A stretch of DNA of 64,000 nucleotides from Candidatus Latescibacterota bacterium (lineage in GTDB: Bacteria; Latescibacterota; UBA2968; GCA-2709665), in assembly GCA_965237675.1 (NCBI GenBank), contig OZ250150.1:4736001-4800000 (forward strand), given 5' to 3'. Position numbers and translations under genes: made by a program. Position 1 is the first letter of the stretch; the number at the start of each line of letters is the position of its first letter. The notes beneath the pieces were generated by a model. That model was not told where the DNA came from, did no database searches, and saw only the letters and a list, made by a program, of their open reading frames with translations. Of this stretch, positions 61,675 to 64,000 are shown piece by piece.

Positions 61675-62665
61675 CTATCGGCCCGTCCCAAGCGCCTGCA
61701 GGAACCCGTGCATCTGTCCCACACAGAATGCGATATAAGCCCGCCCTCCCGTGTCACCCGCCAGTTCCATGATATGGTCGTAGTCGATGGCGCCTTCAAA
61801 CCCCACCTCGTACAACGCCCTGACCACCTGAAACATATTCAGATCTCCCAAATCCGGAATCACCTCTTCATACCCTCCGGTTTCGGGAATGGTGCCCCGC
61901 ACGTTCCGAAAATGCACGTGAATGATTTTCCCCTGTCCGCCGAAACGCCGGATTCCCTCAAACACATCCTCGCCCGACTCGTACCGCGTGCCCACGCAAA
62001 ACGTCATCCCGTTTGCCGGCGACGGCACCTCTGAAAATAGTCGATCGAATGCCGCAAAGTCGTACAAGACCTGCGGCACGCCATACAGGCTGGCCACGGG
62101 CGGGTCGTTACCGTGCATGGCGACTCGTGTGCCCGCCGCTTCGGCAACCGGCACCGCCGCGCGAAAAATCTTCAGCGTTCGCTCCCAGAGTTCCTCGGAC
62201 GTGGGGGCGCCCTCCCGCGAGGGCCTGTCCAGCGCGTCGCGCAAATCCACTTTCAAATGCCTGTATCCGCCACCGCCTTCCACCCACTCGAATACGCCGC
62301 GAGTAAAGCCGCCGAATTGGGCGGCCTGAAAACACTGTATCCCGACGACGGGAAAACCGTATTCCCCGCAAAGCGCGACGTTCGCCACAAGATGATCCAG
62401 TTCCTCGTCCGCACCCGGTTCACCCAGAAAAATCAGCGTTTGTATAGTCGCTGGTCGAATTCGCCCGTTCGATTTTCAGGCCGGCCCCATCCACCACCTC
62501 CACGACTCGCTCCACGCTCTCGCGATGGAGTTGACCTGTCTCTTTATAGCCTGGAAAAATATCCAGCGTAACATCCACCACGTCGACGCCAATCTGCTTC
62601 AGGAACCGCAAATCCTGCGGCCGGTCCAGCCAGCTCGGATCGATCCGAGTGCCAATCTTAATCAC
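61675..62665 (-). pseudogene. uxuA: Mannonate dehydratase (UxuA)-like gene split by a one-base frameshift
   Basis: N-part LRFLKQIGV and C-part VPVAEAAG..MHGNDPP, NGMTFCVG, HFRNVRG, DYDH in different frames; junction near 62435. Confidence 0.7.
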
Positions 62666-62774
62666 AGGACACCTCTCAGGACGATATTTTCATTTTTTCG
62701 TTGTCGCGTGCCGGACTATATTGCTTCAGTTCTTACGATAACCGACAACCTGCTTTCCACGGAGCCAGCCGGAA

Positions 62775-63692
62775 ATGTTTCCCGAAGACATGAAAGATCA
62801 ACTCAAAAACACACATGCCTTTGTTGTCACCCCCTTCGAGAAGGGTAACCTCCGGCGACTCGACGAGAACGCCCTGGAACGAAACCTCGGCTTTCTCATT
62901 GAGAACGGCGTGAAGGTGCTGAGCATCGGCGGAGGTACCGGAGAGGTCAACGCCCTCTCCAATTCCGAACTTGAAACGCTATCCCGAACCGCATTCGACA
63001 TTGCGGGTTCCGGTCCGCTGGTCATTCCCACCCTGCCGGAGAATCTCGGAGCCGCCCTGGAACTTGCGCCCGCTTACGAACGGATGGGTGCCCGCGTCGC
63101 CCTGGGAATGGCGCCGTATATTCGCAACGAAGTACCGGACAACCTCGAGGGTGTTCTCAACCATTATCGGGTCCTGGCAGGCGCGTCTGGTCTGGCATTG
63201 ATGCCCTATAACACACAGGCCTGGCCCGCCGCGTTCTTTCTCCGGCTCGCGGAGGTCGACGGCATCATCGGAATCAAGGATCCGTGCCGGGTGCCGCACA
63301 ATCTGTTCGCCGCCATTCAGACCCTTGGCAACCGATTTGTCTGGATCGGCAACAAACGCCACGATCCGGGTGTGCTCCACCTGCGCTTTCAGATGGGCAT
63401 TGACGGTTTCTCCGCCGGCTTCGTCAACTTCGCACCGAAATACGAACTCGAACTCTTTGACCTCGCCCGCGAGAAAAACTGGGAGGCCATGGTCCACATC
63501 CAGCGCCAGCTTGTCCCCCTGGAAAGGCTGAGAGCCAAATACGGGGACGTCGCGATGATCAAAGCCGGCATGGACCTTGTCGGACTGCCGGGCGGACCCG
63601 TTCGCCCGCCTCGTGTAGACGTTTCCGTCGAGGGGCGCGCGGATATCCACGCCGCCTTCAAGAAACTCGGCATCGAAACGATCCGGGTATAG
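62775..63692 (+). CDS. Dihydrodipicolinate synthase/NAL family aldolase-dehydratase
   Basis: VVTPF, GGGTGE, MPYN, GIKD (Schiff-base Lys), GGPVRPP. Confidence 0.88.
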   Translation: MFPEDMKDQLKNTHAFVVTPFEKGNLRRLDENALERNLGFLIENGVKVLSIGGGTGEVNALSNSELETLSRTAFDIAGSGPLVIPTLPENLGAALELAPAYERMGARVALGMAPYIRNEVPDNLEGVLNHYRVLAGASGLALMPYNTQAWPAAFFLRLAEVDGIIGIKDPCRVPHNLFAAIQTLGNRFVWIGNKRHDPGVLHLRFQMGIDGFSAGFVNFAPKYELELFDLAREKNWEAMVHIQRQLVPLERLRAKYGDVAMIKAGMDLVGLPGGPVRPPRVDVSVEGRADIHAAFKKLGIETIRV

Positions 63693-63738
63693 TCCGGAAG
63701 AAGCCGGCGCCGGGAAACCCATGACGCCCGTCAGCGCC

Positions 63739-64000
63739 TCAACTCCGTCCAAAACCGACCGGGGCGGCATTGAAGAATTGCTCGTCGCCGAAGAAAGGAA
63801 ACATACCGAACCCGGCCGCCAGGTCTCGTTGTTCCCACACGAGACCGGTTTCGCAATAGCTCAGTGAGCCGTGGGCGGGTGGCGAAAACTCCGGACGCCC
63901 CAGCAAGTCGCTCCGGAACCAGACGCTGCGGTGCCCGAAACACACGCCCTGCTCCAGGTTCTCCCGGACGAATTTGACCATATGCGGGAACGTCCCCTGA
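63739..64000 (-). CDS. 3' end of a hypothetical protein entering from beyond the window
   Basis: Open frame from the window edge to TGA at 63739; no recognisable motif. Confidence 0.4.
   Translation of the reverse strand, partial: QGTFPHMVKFVRENLEQGVCFGHRSVWFRSDLLGRPEFSPPAHGSLSYCETGLVWEQRDLAAGFGMFPFFGDEQFFNAAPVGFGRS

Overview
Bacterial DNA, mostly GC-rich, in two parts. (1) About 1-24.5 kb is an integron-like cassette array read on the minus strand. It has nine attC-like imperfect palindromes (RYYYAAC...GTTRRRY) and an attI-like site just downstream of a tyrosine recombinase that points into the array and lacks the IntI-specific insertion. A second attI-like site follows, with an integrase stub and a duplicated DUF4160/DUF2442 cassette. 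Two IS1380 copies and several pseudogenes interrupt the array. Cargo includes glycoside-hydrolase-like, PhyH, NUDIX, HAD, MBL-fold, phosphoesterase and glycosyltransferase genes. (2) About 24.6-64 kb is housekeeping DNA: a family-B DNA polymerase, a respiratory cluster (Rieske/split cytochrome b, octaheme cytochrome c, aa3-type oxidase, heme a/o synthesis, SCO) with a divergent ferredoxin, and the yggS-yggT-divIVA-mtnP-nudix-ileS-dksA-like-lspA-rluD block. That block is interrupted by a MITE with a group II intron inserted in its terminal repeat. The window ends with a PEP-utilising enzyme, a frameshifted uxuA-like gene and a DHDPS-family gene. No rRNA, tRNA or CRISPR array was seen. All family assignments come from motif recognition by eye; no database searches were run.
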